From NCBI RefSeq assembly GCF_000012545.1, contig NC_007681.1:720001-752000 (forward strand): 32,000 nucleotides of DNA, read 5' to 3'. Positions 1-11,600 of the stretch are shown one piece after another. The position numbers and the translations under genes were made by a program. The number at the start of each line of letters is the position of its first letter. Position 1 is the first letter of the stretch. Under the pieces are notes generated by a model that saw only the letters and a program-made list of their open reading frames with translations, made no database searches and was not told the origin of the DNA. The stretch comes from Methanosphaera stadtmanae DSM 3091. Lineage in GTDB: Archaea > Methanobacteriota > Methanobacteria > Methanobacteriales > Methanobacteriaceae.

Positions 1-1
1 C

Positions 2-880
2 TACAATAGTTATAAATATGTAATTAAAAGTAATAGAAGACTTTTAACAGGAAATAATCAAATCAATATAATAATAGCACTAATACTTACAATAATATGT
101 CTTATTAGTATTAACAGTGTATCATATATCATTACAACAATACTTACACTTTCAGTATTATACATAATAAAGCATATACTGGAGGATTATGATATTTGGT
201 ACTTAAATTATGATTTATTGATGTTATCCTTGCTACTGGTTTATATAATATTCCAATCAATACTCTCTACTAAAAATGATCGTTACTTTATCACAGTATT
301 ACCATTTATAGCATACTTCATTACAAATGCCCTATATTATATCTATAATTTCATTGACTTTAAAATTGAAATAAAAAATATTAAAATATCAACAATAATA
401 TCTATAGTGATTGTATTGTTCCTTCTTGGAAATTCATTATGTTATAATAATAATATTCCAGAAGAAAATCATTTTAATAACATTCAACAGGCATGTAAAT
501 GGTTTGATGATAATTGTGAATTTGATAATACAACAGTAATTTATTCTGATAATTGGCCTGCAGTATCATGGTATTTGAATGTGTATTGTCGTAGAGGTGT
601 TCCTGATGTTACTATGGAAAATACTACATGGACATTTACTAAGAATATATTAAAAAGTAATGATGAGCATGAACCTGCATCATTTTATATTGATACAAAT
701 AATGAAAATAAGATGGATTATGTTGGACTTAGTAAGATTAAAAGTATTAATGATGTGCAAATCTATCAAAATACCTATGAAAAGGAATATAACATACGAA
801 GTCGTGGTTTACTAGAATATAAAGATTATTATAACATGCTATTTAAAGAACATATGAATGAAAGTGATTATTATGATTAA
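2..880 (+). CDS. Multi-pass membrane protein, 5'-truncated by the window edge; paralog of the next gene (putative GT-C / ArnT-PMT-like glycosyltransferase family, function tentative)
   Basis: Frame 2 is open from nt 2 (YNSYKYVIKSNRRLLTGNNQ...), so track ORF 218..880 is only the tail of a longer CDS. Hydrophobic helices are followed by a soluble C-terminal domain. Its block QQACKWFDDN...SDNWPAVSWYLNVY aligns with KQAATWLEAYDN...SDRGVAFSWYLKKY in the downstream 545-aa protein. Confidence 0.6.
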   Translation, partial: YNSYKYVIKSNRRLLTGNNQINIIIALILTIICLISINSVSYIITTILTLSVLYIIKHILEDYDIWYLNYDLLMLSLLLVYIIFQSILSTKNDRYFITVLPFIAYFITNALYYIYNFIDFKIEIKNIKISTIISIVIVLFLLGNSLCYNNNIPEENHFNNIQQACKWFDDNCEFDNTTVIYSDNWPAVSWYLNVYCRRGVPDVTMENTTWTFTKNILKSNDEHEPASFYIDTNNENKMDYVGLSKIKSINDVQIYQNTYEKEYNIRSRGLLEYKDYYNMLFKEHMNESDYYD

Positions 881-2495
881 TAACTTTAATTTAAAAAATA
901 AATTATTGATTTTACTTATTATAATATCAAGTATATATACAGCAATTCTAGTACATATTCAATCAATTATTGGTGTTAGTTATTGGGATATCTTTGTTTA
1001 TCTGCAAAATTCAATGTTATTTGCTCATATTAATATTGGTAGTCAACTTAGTGTTCCTCCAGTATTATCTCTATTAACATCAATACCCTTCAGGATGGGA
1101 TTTATTTCTGAAACAACATTGTTTTGTGTTTCAGGAATATTATTTATTCTATTGATTGTTGGAATTTACTTGTTATTTAATGAGAAATTTTCACCAGAAC
1201 TATCATTTATTGGAAGTTTATTCTTTTCAATGTTATCATTAGTTGTAACATGGGCTGTAACAGGATCAAATGATATTCCCTCATTAACATTTAGTGTATG
1301 GGCATTATATTTCACTATAAAAGGTTTAAATAAGAGTTTTAACTACTATTATCTTGCATTCACATGTTTTCTAATGGCTTTTTTCACTAGATTTACAGAG
1401 GGCTTTATTTTAATTGTAATGATAAGTTACATACTTATGAATAAAGATAAATTCAAAGTACAAATAAATAAAAATGATATTTTAAAGCTATTCATGTTCA
1501 TTGTCTTTCTATGTGCTATTATAGGAGGATTTTATCTATATAAACAACATACAATTCCATTTCTAAGTCAATTTATGGAGGTATCTAGTAGTAGTCAAGT
1601 ATCTTCAGTTAATATTGGTTATGATTTAAATCCATACTATTATATTGAATATATTCCACAATTATTAACAAGTACTAATGTAAGTTTGTTGTATGATAAA
1701 ACACTAACAACAATATACAACACACCTACACTTCTTTCATATGTAATTTTAGTATTAATGTGTGGTGGTGTTATTTTATCATTTAAAGGAGTATATAAAA
1801 AAGAGAATATTCATAATTTCTCCTTTATATTAGCAGTGATTTTAGGTATTATAACAATAATAACATATCTTCATGTATCTTATATATTTACAGAAATATT
1901 ATTTACAATAACATTACTGTTATTATATAAATCATCATTAAACAAAATAAATCAAATGGATTTACTTATGATTTTATGGATGGGAATTTTTATTATATTA
2001 CATTCATATCATCCTGTGAAAGTTGATAGATATATTTTACCAACATTCATACCAATAACATACTTCATGATAAATGGAATAAAAAACATAACAATAAAAA
2101 ATAAGAAAACACCACTAATAATACTAACAATATTGCTTGTTATACTAATACCAATTAACTACAGCTACATAAACTCAATAACACATCCAAATCCACAAAG
2201 CTATGAAGAAAAACAAGCAGCAACCTGGTTAGAGGCATATGATAATCAGCTAACAAACTACAATATATCCTCAGATAGGGGAGTAGCATTTAGTTGGTAC
2301 TTAAAAAAGTACACCTACACAACAATACCAAGAGTATTAGAACAAAACAATGAAACACTAGAAAATAAACTAAAAACAATAAATGCTAAGTATTATATTG
2401 ATGCAACAAGTAACACCACATCAATAGATGGATATCATATAATATACACAAATAATAAAGAGAAATATGGAATAAAAATATATCAAAAAGATTAG
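858..2495 (+). CDS. 545-aa polytopic membrane protein, putative GT-C fold glycosyltransferase-like (ArnT/PMT_2-like); paralog of the upstream gene
   Basis: Long ORF with at least 10 hydrophobic segments and a roughly 110-aa soluble C-terminal domain homologous to the upstream protein. The first loop motif SYWDIFVYLQNSMLFA resembles the acidic first-loop region of GT-C enzymes. The start could instead be ATG 873, preceded by SD-like GTGAT. It overlaps the upstream stop either way. Confidence 0.6.
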   Translation: MKVIIMINNFNLKNKLLILLIIISSIYTAILVHIQSIIGVSYWDIFVYLQNSMLFAHINIGSQLSVPPVLSLLTSIPFRMGFISETTLFCVSGILFILLIVGIYLLFNEKFSPELSFIGSLFFSMLSLVVTWAVTGSNDIPSLTFSVWALYFTIKGLNKSFNYYYLAFTCFLMAFFTRFTEGFILIVMISYILMNKDKFKVQINKNDILKLFMFIVFLCAIIGGFYLYKQHTIPFLSQFMEVSSSSQVSSVNIGYDLNPYYYIEYIPQLLTSTNVSLLYDKTLTTIYNTPTLLSYVILVLMCGGVILSFKGVYKKENIHNFSFILAVILGIITIITYLHVSYIFTEILFTITLLLLYKSSLNKINQMDLLMILWMGIFIILHSYHPVKVDRYILPTFIPITYFMINGIKNITIKNKKTPLIILTILLVILIPINYSYINSITHPNPQSYEEKQAATWLEAYDNQLTNYNISSDRGVAFSWYLKKYTYTTIPRVLEQNNETLENKLKTINAKYYIDATSNTTSIDGYHIIYTNNKEKYGIKIYQKD

Positions 2496-2510
2496 GAAAA
2501 AAAAAATAAT

Positions 2511-3533
2511 ATGTATACAAAAGAAGAATTAATAGAAAAAATCATTAAAATAAGAGAAGATATTGGACATGATCATGTTCAACCAGAAATAAAAGAAATA
2601 CATTATGAAAATGATGAATTAACAATTATAGCACCAGATAGACCAGAAAAATCAATAATCATAGGTAAAGGTGGATGGGTAGTAGGAAAACTAAGAGAAC
2701 AACTACATGTTAAATCAATTCATGTAATATCATACACAGATATAGTTCTAAAAAAATATCAATTAGAATTATCTCTAAAACATGTGAAAAAAATAATAGA
2801 TAATGTAATTCCAGAAAACTACATAGAACCATTTAACAACCTATATAAACTACTTGAAAAAAAATACAATGCACCATACAACAATACAATAGTATCCAAC
2901 TACATCAAAGAAAACATAGATAGACAACCAATAGAAAACACACCTGTTGTAGTAGCACTATCAGGTGGAGTTGACAGTAGCTTCACAACAGTACTTACAA
3001 AAGCATTGGGATTTAATTTAGAAACAGTAACAGTAAATCCTGGAACTATAATTCTTCCAAATCAATTTAAGCATAATATTCATAATCTAACAACAGCAAT
3101 CAATGTAAAACATACATATCTTGAAACAGACATGACTCATATTATAGAAGAGGCATTAAGTGGTAAAATACATCCATGTGGTAGATGTTCAAGTCACATT
3201 GAGGAAGTAGTATCTGACTATCTAAAAGATACACAAAAATCAGTAATGATATATGGTGACTTACTATCTACAGGTTCACAATCAATTGTAAAAAAAGATG
3301 ATATTATTAGAATAAATCTACCAGCACTATTTAGAATGGAAAAATCAGAAATAAAAACTATTGTAACAAATTATTCAGTGAAAAAAATTAAAGGATATGG
3401 ATGTCCTCTAGTTGTCCAGGTTCATAAAAAATATCCCCAGTACAGATCATTTTCAATACAAAGAGTACTTAGAGAAACAAGAGCAGGAATTCTTGAACCT
3501 GGAGAAGCCCTTGATTTAATTAAAACTATTTAA
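2511..3533 (+). CDS. KH-domain + PP-loop ATP pyrophosphatase family protein (candidate Fe-S dependent RNA-modifying/thiolating enzyme; exact function unknown)
   Basis: 340 aa. The N-terminal KH motif is IIGKGGWVVGKLREQL (GxxG loop). The PP-loop is VVVALSGGVDSS at residues 147-157. The protein has exactly three cysteines: C223-x2-C226 (HPCGRCSSH) and C298 (GYGCPL). Confidence 0.75.
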   Translation: MYTKEELIEKIIKIREDIGHDHVQPEIKEIHYENDELTIIAPDRPEKSIIIGKGGWVVGKLREQLHVKSIHVISYTDIVLKKYQLELSLKHVKKIIDNVIPENYIEPFNNLYKLLEKKYNAPYNNTIVSNYIKENIDRQPIENTPVVVALSGGVDSSFTTVLTKALGFNLETVTVNPGTIILPNQFKHNIHNLTTAINVKHTYLETDMTHIIEEALSGKIHPCGRCSSHIEEVVSDYLKDTQKSVMIYGDLLSTGSQSIVKKDDIIRINLPALFRMEKSEIKTIVTNYSVKKIKGYGCPLVVQVHKKYPQYRSFSIQRVLRETRAGILEPGEALDLIKTI

Positions 3534-3666
3534 TTACTTGAAGAACTCCATATATAATTAAAAATAATCCTATAATATAAGCTACAAGTGCAGGATATAT
3601 CAGTATTAAAATACCTGCTATAATACATAAAACATATAAACATTGTGTACTATCAATATTAACCAT
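3526..3666 (-). CDS. Small (46 aa) two-helix membrane protein, DUF3096-like; not in the ORF track
   Basis: Minus-strand ATG 3666 to TAG 3526 gives MVNIDSTQCLYVLCIIAGILILIYPALVAYIIGLFLIIYGVLQVIK. SD-like GAGGG lies 7 nt upstream of the ATG. The AGILILIYP...LIIYGVL pattern matches my recollection of the DUF3096 family. The 3' end overlaps the convergent PP-loop gene by 8 nt. Confidence 0.5.
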   Translation of the reverse strand: MVNIDSTQCLYVLCIIAGILILIYPALVAYIIGLFLIIYGVLQVIK

Positions 3667-3692
3667 ATTTAATCCCTCAAAAATTAATTAAA

Positions 3693-3730
3693 AGAGTCTC
3701 CCAAAAAGAACCATGAGAAAAGGAGACTCT
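3693..3730 (-). terminator. Hairpin (9-bp perfect stem AGAGTCTCC/GGAGACTCT, 20-nt loop) followed on the minus strand by a T-rich tract, downstream of argH
   Basis: Inverted repeat read directly at 3693-3701 and 3722-3730. On the minus strand it is followed by TTTAATTAATTTTT. It lies between the argH stop (3790) and the small ORF start (3666). Confidence 0.4.
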
Positions 3731-3789
3731 ATAAATAATATGCAACATTCATGCATATTTATAAAAAATTCTATTTACTAATTTTATAT

Positions 3790-5187
3790 CTATTCATTTA
3801 AAAATATTTCCATTTTTTCAATAGCATCATTCACAGCTTCAGGTGCACATCCACCAATAACAGTACGTGATTTAACATTTCTTAAAGGATTAAGTGCTTG
3901 TTTTACTAAATCTTCACCAAGATTAATAGGTTTACCCATAACTTCAACAGAAACCCTATTTACATAATCATTATCAATATCATGTGTAGTAATATTATCA
4001 TCTATTGCCTCAGAAACAACACGTCCTACAATTCTATGAGCAGTTCTAAATGGAAGATTTTTTTCTCTAACCATAACATCAGCTAATTCTGTAGCAGTGG
4101 CAAAGTTAGCACCAGCTAATTCTTCTGTACGATCCTTATTTATTGTGAGGGTACTGAGCATTCCATGAACAATTCTTAAAATATCATTGGTATTATCAAT
4201 AGCATTCCATAAATGAGGAGTAACCTCTTGTAAATCCCTATTATAACTGTGTGGAATTCCTTTAATCATACTAAGAACAGTCATTAATTCACCATAAGCA
4301 ATTGTACTTTTTCCACGAGATAATTCTGCAATATCAGGATTTTTCTTTTGGGGCATGATTGATGAAGTAGAAGAATACTGATTTGAACATTCAACCATTC
4401 TAAATTCATAACTACTCCAAATAACAATTTCATCAGAAATTTTTCCAAGTGTTGTAGATAACATTGCATAATCAAATATAGCTTCAGCAGCAAAATCCCT
4501 ACTACTAACACCATCAATAGAATTATCCATAACCTTACTAAATCCAAGTAATTCAGTTGTTCTCTCACGATTTATTGGAAAACCTGTGGTTGTAAGGGCA
4601 GCAGAACCTAATGGATTCATATCTACTCTTTTATAAGTATCAATTAATCTTTCACAATCTCTTCTTAATTCATTAGCATATGCCATTAAGTGATGAGCAA
4701 ATGTTGTAGGTTGTGCATGTTGAAGATGGGTGTATGCTATAAATAAGGTATGGGTATTTTCCTTAGCCATCTCAACAATAGTTTTAATAAATGATTTAAT
4801 ATTACTAATTGTATTTTCTATTTCCTCTTTTAGAGTTAATCGAATATCAGTACATACTTGATCGTTTCTACTTTTTGCTGTATGCATAAATCCTGCTTCA
4901 TCACCAATTTCTTTAGTAACATAGTCCTCTAATGCCATGTGAATATCTTCAAATGAGGGATCAAGATTCAATGCACCAATACCTTCTTTTTCAAGTTTAT
5001 CTAATGCTTTTAATATTTTCTTACCAGATTCTTTAGGAATAATTCCTTCTTCAATAAGCATAGTTGTATGTGCTCTGTTACATTTAATATCGGATTTAAA
5101 AATTCTTTTATCAAATTCTATTGATGATGAAAATTGGGCTGCATCATCAGTCATTTGTCCATCAAAACGTCCAGCTCTAAGATCCAT
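3790..5187 (-). CDS. argH: Argininosuccinate lyase
   Basis: 465 aa. It carries the fumarate-lyase superfamily signature [11 protein letters not shown], and the length and N-terminus ([10 protein letters not shown]...) are typical of ArgH. Confidence 0.95.
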   Translation of the reverse strand: MDLRAGRFDGQMTDDAAQFSSSIEFDKRIFKSDIKCNRAHTTMLIEEGIIPKESGKKILKALDKLEKEGIGALNLDPSFEDIHMALEDYVTKEIGDEAGFMHTAKSRNDQVCTDIRLTLKEEIENTISNIKSFIKTIVEMAKENTHTLFIAYTHLQHAQPTTFAHHLMAYANELRRDCERLIDTYKRVDMNPLGSAALTTTGFPINRERTTELLGFSKVMDNSIDGVSSRDFAAEAIFDYAMLSTTLGKISDEIVIWSSYEFRMVECSNQYSSTSSIMPQKKNPDIAELSRGKSTIAYGELMTVLSMIKGIPHSYNRDLQEVTPHLWNAIDNTNDILRIVHGMLSTLTINKDRTEELAGANFATATELADVMVREKNLPFRTAHRIVGRVVSEAIDDNITTHDIDNDYVNRVSVEVMGKPINLGEDLVKQALNPLRNVKSRTVIGGCAPEAVNDAIEKMEIFLNE

Positions 5188-5556
5188 ATATATCGTTTCT
5201 CCAAAAAAATTAAAATTATAGTTAATTCTCTATTTATATAATAATCATGAATTATTATGCATAGTATTTGTTTTTCATGGTTTTTAACTATTAAAAGACC
5301 TACTGTTTCTACATTCAAAAATCTAAAATATATCAAAAATTAAGTAATTAACTATAAAATAAAGTTATACTATGTAATTATATATATTGAAGCTCACTAA
5401 TTATTATTTTGATTGATTTATATTTTCTTTTTTAAAATAATTAATATATCTGTAGTATAATATAAAAAAAGATAAATCATGTTTATATAGAAATAGATAA
5501 ATTTCATAGATGTTACTAGAAAAAAGAGACCTTTATCAGATATTCATTATTCTAAT

Positions 5557-5592
5557 AAAAAAAAGGGAGGAGTGATAAATACTCTCTCCTTT
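5557..5592 (-). terminator. Imperfect hairpin plus T8 run just downstream of the giant adhesin-like gene
   Basis: The minus strand reads AAAGGAGAGAGT-ATTTATC-ACTCCTCCCTTTTTTTT, starting about 30 nt after the TAA at 5625-5627. Oligo-T is the main archaeal termination signal. Confidence 0.45.
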
Positions 5593-5624
5593 AAAATTTC
5601 GTTGTGATAACATATGATACGTAT

Positions 5625-8600
5625 TTATTCGATAATCAATGCATTTGTTGATTTACTACTGTTGTATAATTTGTTTTCTCCAGCTACAATAGTTAAGTTA
5701 AAGAGTGATTGTTTGTATATGGATAAATCAAGTGTTGCATTTAGTATACCATTAACTGCTATTGCATGGGTTATTGTTTTATTATTGAGTTTTATTGCTA
5801 CTTTAGTTGTTCCTATTACTAAGTTTCCTTCTTCATCAATTATTTTTGCTTTTATAATTGCATTTTTGCTTCTGTTTAGATATTGTGGTTGGAGTATTAC
5901 TTGTGTGTTGTGTTTTTCTAGTGTAAGTGTTGTGTTTGTTTCTATTCTATTGTATATTTTATCCATTGCTACAGCAGTTAATGTATAATTTTTTGCACCT
6001 ATGCTACTTGATAATTCATAATCAATAGATGCTATTCCATTATTTATTGCAGCATAAATTATGTCTCCATATTCATCTTTTAATGTTTTACCATTAATTT
6101 TGAATATAACTTTTCCTGTGTTTATTGGTGTGTTTTCTTTGGTGAATATGTATGATGTTATTTTTATTGTACTGCATACTTTTGTTGTTATTGGATTAAT
6201 TATTTGTTTTACATCATAGTTATTTATAGATAATATGCCTGTATTTATTGTTGAGTTATAATAGTAGTTACCTTCATATATTGCAGTTATTTCATAATTA
6301 CCAACATCATATTTACTAATATCTATTGTAAGTAATGCAATTTTATTTGTAATATTTACTTCTCCAACTGTCATATTATTAATTCTAAATTCTACAACTC
6401 CATCTAATAAATTACCATTTCCATCCATTAGTATTGCACTTAGTGTTGCCATGGATCCTGTATTTGTTATATTACCAACAAGGAGTTTTGTACTTGTTTT
6501 GTCGATAATAATAGTACCTGTAGTAGTTTTCATTGCATAATTATCATTATCTTCATATGTAGCAGTTATTTTATAACTGGTTATATTAGAAAATGGTATT
6601 GTGTAATTTATTGATGCTTTTCCATCCATAACAGTTACTACTCCAATTACATTATTATCTATCTTGAAAGTTACATTTCCTTCTGATAATAAGTTATTTT
6701 TAATATCTGTTACTTTTGCAGTAATTGTTATGGTATCATTTACTTTTGCATGTATTGTACTGTTTTCTAATATTATATTAGTGTTTGTTTGTAGGTTTTC
6801 ACGTGGTGTGTTATATTCTATTGTATTATTTAGGTTATCTGCACCTACAGCTGCATCTCCCTGAAGATTTGCTGAATTTAATGTATTATGTTTGATTATA
6901 TTGTTGTATGTTGTATTAGTAAGTGTTATTGCATATACATCATCAGTGGTTATTTTATTGTACATTAATATGTTTCCATTTGAATTATCAAGATAATTAG
7001 CCATATTTCTTATATTTAAGTTTTCAATTGTATTATTATTAGATTTAAATATAAATAATGCATATTCATTTGGATTCATAGTGTTGTAATTACTAATACT
7101 TGTACTGTTTATTAGATTGTAGGATGAATCTATAAGTAGATATCCATAGAATAATCCAGAAGACATACTCTTTCTTGTATATAATAAATTAGACATATTT
7201 AGTGTATTGTAGTTTGCATTTTCGAATTTTACTCCAGTAAAGCTTTTTACTTCAGTACTAAGATATATGTCAACTATGTTTATGTAATTATTATCTCCTT
7301 GGATATATGTTCCTACTACTGTAGCATTTGAAGGTATTTGTTTTCTTGTAATAGGATCTAATACATCTACTTTTATTGTTGATGTTGAAGTTAATGTGTT
7401 ATTGTTTCCTTTTAGGATTATTGCATTTATTTGTGCTTTTTTATCAGAATAATAGATTATACTTAATAGATTACTATTTGTTGTTCTATTGAGTTTAATT
7501 TGGTTATTATCTCCATTTACTACTAATGAATCTACATCATTATAAGAGAATACAGTAATACCGCTAGTTGTTGCTATTTTATTATTATTTCCATTGATTT
7601 GTACTGCTATTGTTTTAGTTATATTATCATTTGTTATTCTGATTGATGAAATGTTTATGTTTGTATTGTTTGTATTTATTATTACTGTTTGATCAATGTT
7701 TGTATTGTTTATTGTGAGTGCTGTGATATTTGTACCTTGTGCTTCTTTTGTTAATGTTATTGTTCCATTATATATTGTTCCATATGTTTGTATGAAGTTT
7801 ATTGGTTTATTTATGATCATGTTTTTATTTATTAAATCTCCAATCATTTCTATTGTTTCACCAGTTTTTATTTCTGGTCGTAATATTCCATTTTCATTAA
7901 AGAATTCATAGTATGTATCATCATTTAAAAGATAGTTTGTACTAAAGCTTGTTGGATTATTATCACGTACACGATTTTTTCCTTCAGTTAATATGGATTT
8001 ATCACCATAAGTTTCTGATGTTACTAATGTGTTATATACTATAGTATTATTCTCTGATGTTTTATCAATAAACATTGTATATATTGTTTTTGAAAATATA
8101 GTGTTATTTTTTATTAAATTGTATGTTGAATTATGTATAACTATAGGTGTTCCATTTGCTTTATTTGTTATTGTAAGTGTGTTATTTTCTATATTTGAAT
8201 TATTCATATTTTGTATTTTAATAAGTATTACATTTTCTGTATCTGTTGTTAATATGTTTTTATTGATTGTTGGATTTGTATTTTCTATATCAATATTAAT
8301 ACTACTTGTGGAGTTTGTATTTAATTTATTTGAATCTATTCCAACTGAAATATTACCTTTTACCACAATATTGGATGTGTAATTAGATGCTATTGTTTTA
8401 ATAGTATTGGAAGATACAGATCTATATACTCTTGAAGTATTGATCATGTTATTAATCATATAAATACTTATTGCATTTTGTGTTCCAATGGTATTAATAA
8501 TGTTAGAAGAATATCTAAGAGTATTAGCTACTGTATTCTTATCATATATTGAATATATAATAGTATCATTACCATTACCCTTTGTTATTATATTGTTACC

Positions 8601-11600
8601 ATATAGCTGAAGTTGTATTTGATTATAATTAATATTTTTACTAATGTAGAGACTACTTGTATTTGTAGATCCAATTGTTGTAATATTATTATTTTGAATT
8701 GTAGGAGCTCCAGTTACATTGGATAAAACGATTGAATAAGTTTTATTAGGAGATATTGTTGTTATATTGTTATATAATAATCCAGTAGACCACAAGTATG
8801 TTGAATTTATAATTATGGAAGGTGTTTTTGTAGTTATATTCATATAAGATATAGAATTATCTCTTGAATTATTTAATATAATTGCATTTTTATTATCTGT
8901 GTTTATTATTGTTATGTTTTGTAGTGTTGATTTTTTACTTTGTTGTAATATGAATGTTCCATTATATACTGTTGCTGTTGTATAATTTCCTATAATTAAT
9001 GTTGTATTGAATATGAAATCTTTATTATAGAAGTTTCCTTTTAATAATAAATGAATATCTGTCATATTTTCTGGTGCTACAAATGTACTATTTTCATTGA
9101 AATATTGTTTATAATTATCATCTGTTAAAATTATATTTTTATATGTTGGTTTATTATTATTTATAGTATTTGTTGTATTGTCTGCTTTTACACATTCATT
9201 TCCTACGAGTATATCTGCAATAAGTGTGTTTTTTATTATTGTATTATTTATACCTGTTAATTCTATTGTGTAATTTCCATTAGTCATGAAATTATTTGAT
9301 TGTATTATATTATTATTACTACCTAGTATTACTACTGGTTTATTGTTTGTATTGGTTATTGTTACCTGGTTTATATTCATTGTTGTATTAGCAGAATCTA
9401 TTGTTATGTTGTATGATTTTATGTTGGTTTGTTGTTGGAATATTGTTATATTTGTCACATTATTAAAGATTAGATTTTTATTTGTAAGTGTTCCTATTAT
9501 TTGTATTTGTACATTATCACCAAAGGATGTTTTATAGTTTCCATTGTTATCAAAGTATCTGTTGTATAAAGTATCATTTAGTTTAACTAGTGTTGATAAT
9601 GGTGTATTATTATTGTCTAATACATAATTATTATCAATATTATCTACTGAATCTACACCTACATATGTTTTTGATGTTAAATAGTTGTTAGATATATTAT
9701 TATACTTATTATTTCCTATTTCTATTGCATATGTATCAGCAGTAGTTGTTATTTTAGTGTTATTTACTTTATTATTGTTTCCTCCAAGTATTACTCGACG
9801 ATCTATTGTATTATTATTTATAATATTATAACTTCCAGTTATTTTTATTGCATAACCTTTATTATCATTATTTGCTAGTTTCATATTATTTGATTCAATT
9901 ACTATATTTCCACTACCACTTGCTGTTATTAAAGCAGGATATACTGTATTTGAACCTAATGTAATAAAAAGATCTGTTGGTGAAACTTTATTAAATGTAT
10001 TATTAATTATATTAGCATATCGTGTTTTATCAGTTCCATGAGCTATATAAATACCAGTACAATTATCAAATGTATTATTTGTTACATTCAAGGCACTAGA
10101 TATGGAATAAATATCTGTTTGACGGTTTCCTATAAAGGTACAGTCACGAATATTAGTTTGAAGACCACTTAGTCCATATGGGTTAAAGAAGTCAGCAGCT
10201 CCACTATTTACTGCTATTCCACTACCATACTTGAAAGTACTTGCACCACCATATGCACTATTATTTTGTAGTGTACAGTTTGTTATATTCATTATTCTGT
10301 CGTTGGTTATTGTTCCCCAACGTGCAAAATTATTTCTAAATATTGAATTTACAATTACTGCTGTACCATTATTATAAATACCTGCACCAAAGTTTCCAGT
10401 ACTTTCTGATTTTCTATTTTTTTCAAATAATGAATTATTTACAAGTAATGTTGAACCATTGTTGTTTCTAATACCTGCTCCTACTCCTGCACAATTATAG
10501 TAGAAGTACATATTATTTACTTCTAGATTTCCATAGTTATCTACTGGTGCTGTTGGATATTTACTTATTGAATCTCCACCATCAACTCCATATACCCATG
10601 CATGTTGCATTGTAAAATTAGTGATTGTTATAAGTCCATTTCCTTTTGTTATATTCATAAACCAGTTACCAGTTCCATTATCATATGGATTCCATACTTT
10701 TGAGTCACCCCATACTGTTGCTCCACCAACAGTATAATTTACTTCCCCATCAAGTATTGTGTTGTTTATTCCTTCTCCTATGAAGTTTATTTTATGATTT
10801 CCAGGTACTGTGAGGTTTGTGTTTCCAACACCTTTATATGTACCATTTAATATGTAGATGTTATATGTTTTATCTGGTGTTGTTTGGTTTATTGCTTTTG
10901 CTATTGTTTTAAATGGATTTGTCATTGTTCCTGTGTTATTATCTGAACCCATCTGTGATACATAATAATTTATTATTGTATCTTCTTTTTTTATTGAGTT
11001 AGTTGTTTTTAGGGGCATCTTCATTGGTTCTATTGTTAATTTCATTTTGTCACGGCTTTGATTATATAATGAATTTTCACCATATAATGCAGTTATTGTA
11101 ATATTTCTATTTGCCCATGATTTTGGTATGTTAAATTCTACTGTTTTAACTCCTGTTGTGTTAGTTAATGTTATTGTTTTTCCATTTACTTTCACTGTTA
11201 TTTTTCCACGAATTACTGGTTTATTATTTTCATCAACAGTTTTAACAGTAATTTGCATTGTACTGTTTGCTATTGTGTTATTTGTGGTAATAGTTGTTTT
11301 TGTATTAACTTTGTTTAGTTTGAGTGTAGCATTCATACGTGCTGGATTATATTTATTTGTTCCACCATATACTACATTTATTGTATAATTTTTTGCAGTG
11401 TAATTATTTGGTATTTTATATTGTAGTGATGCTTGTCCTAATGTTACATTACTATGTCCTATTGTTTTACTGTTAATTTTAAATGCTACTTTTCCATTTG
11501 TTATAGGATTTTTTCCATCATAGAAGTATGATATTATATTAATTATCTCTCCAGGTTTTGCTGTTATATTATCTTGTTTTATTATTGTACCTTTGTATTT

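Noticed and set aside
4284-5336. Track ORFs 4284..4568 (-) and 5151..5336 (-)
   Set aside because: The first is an out-of-frame ORF inside argH. The second overlaps the argH start and its promoter region, with no SD and a junk-like sequence.
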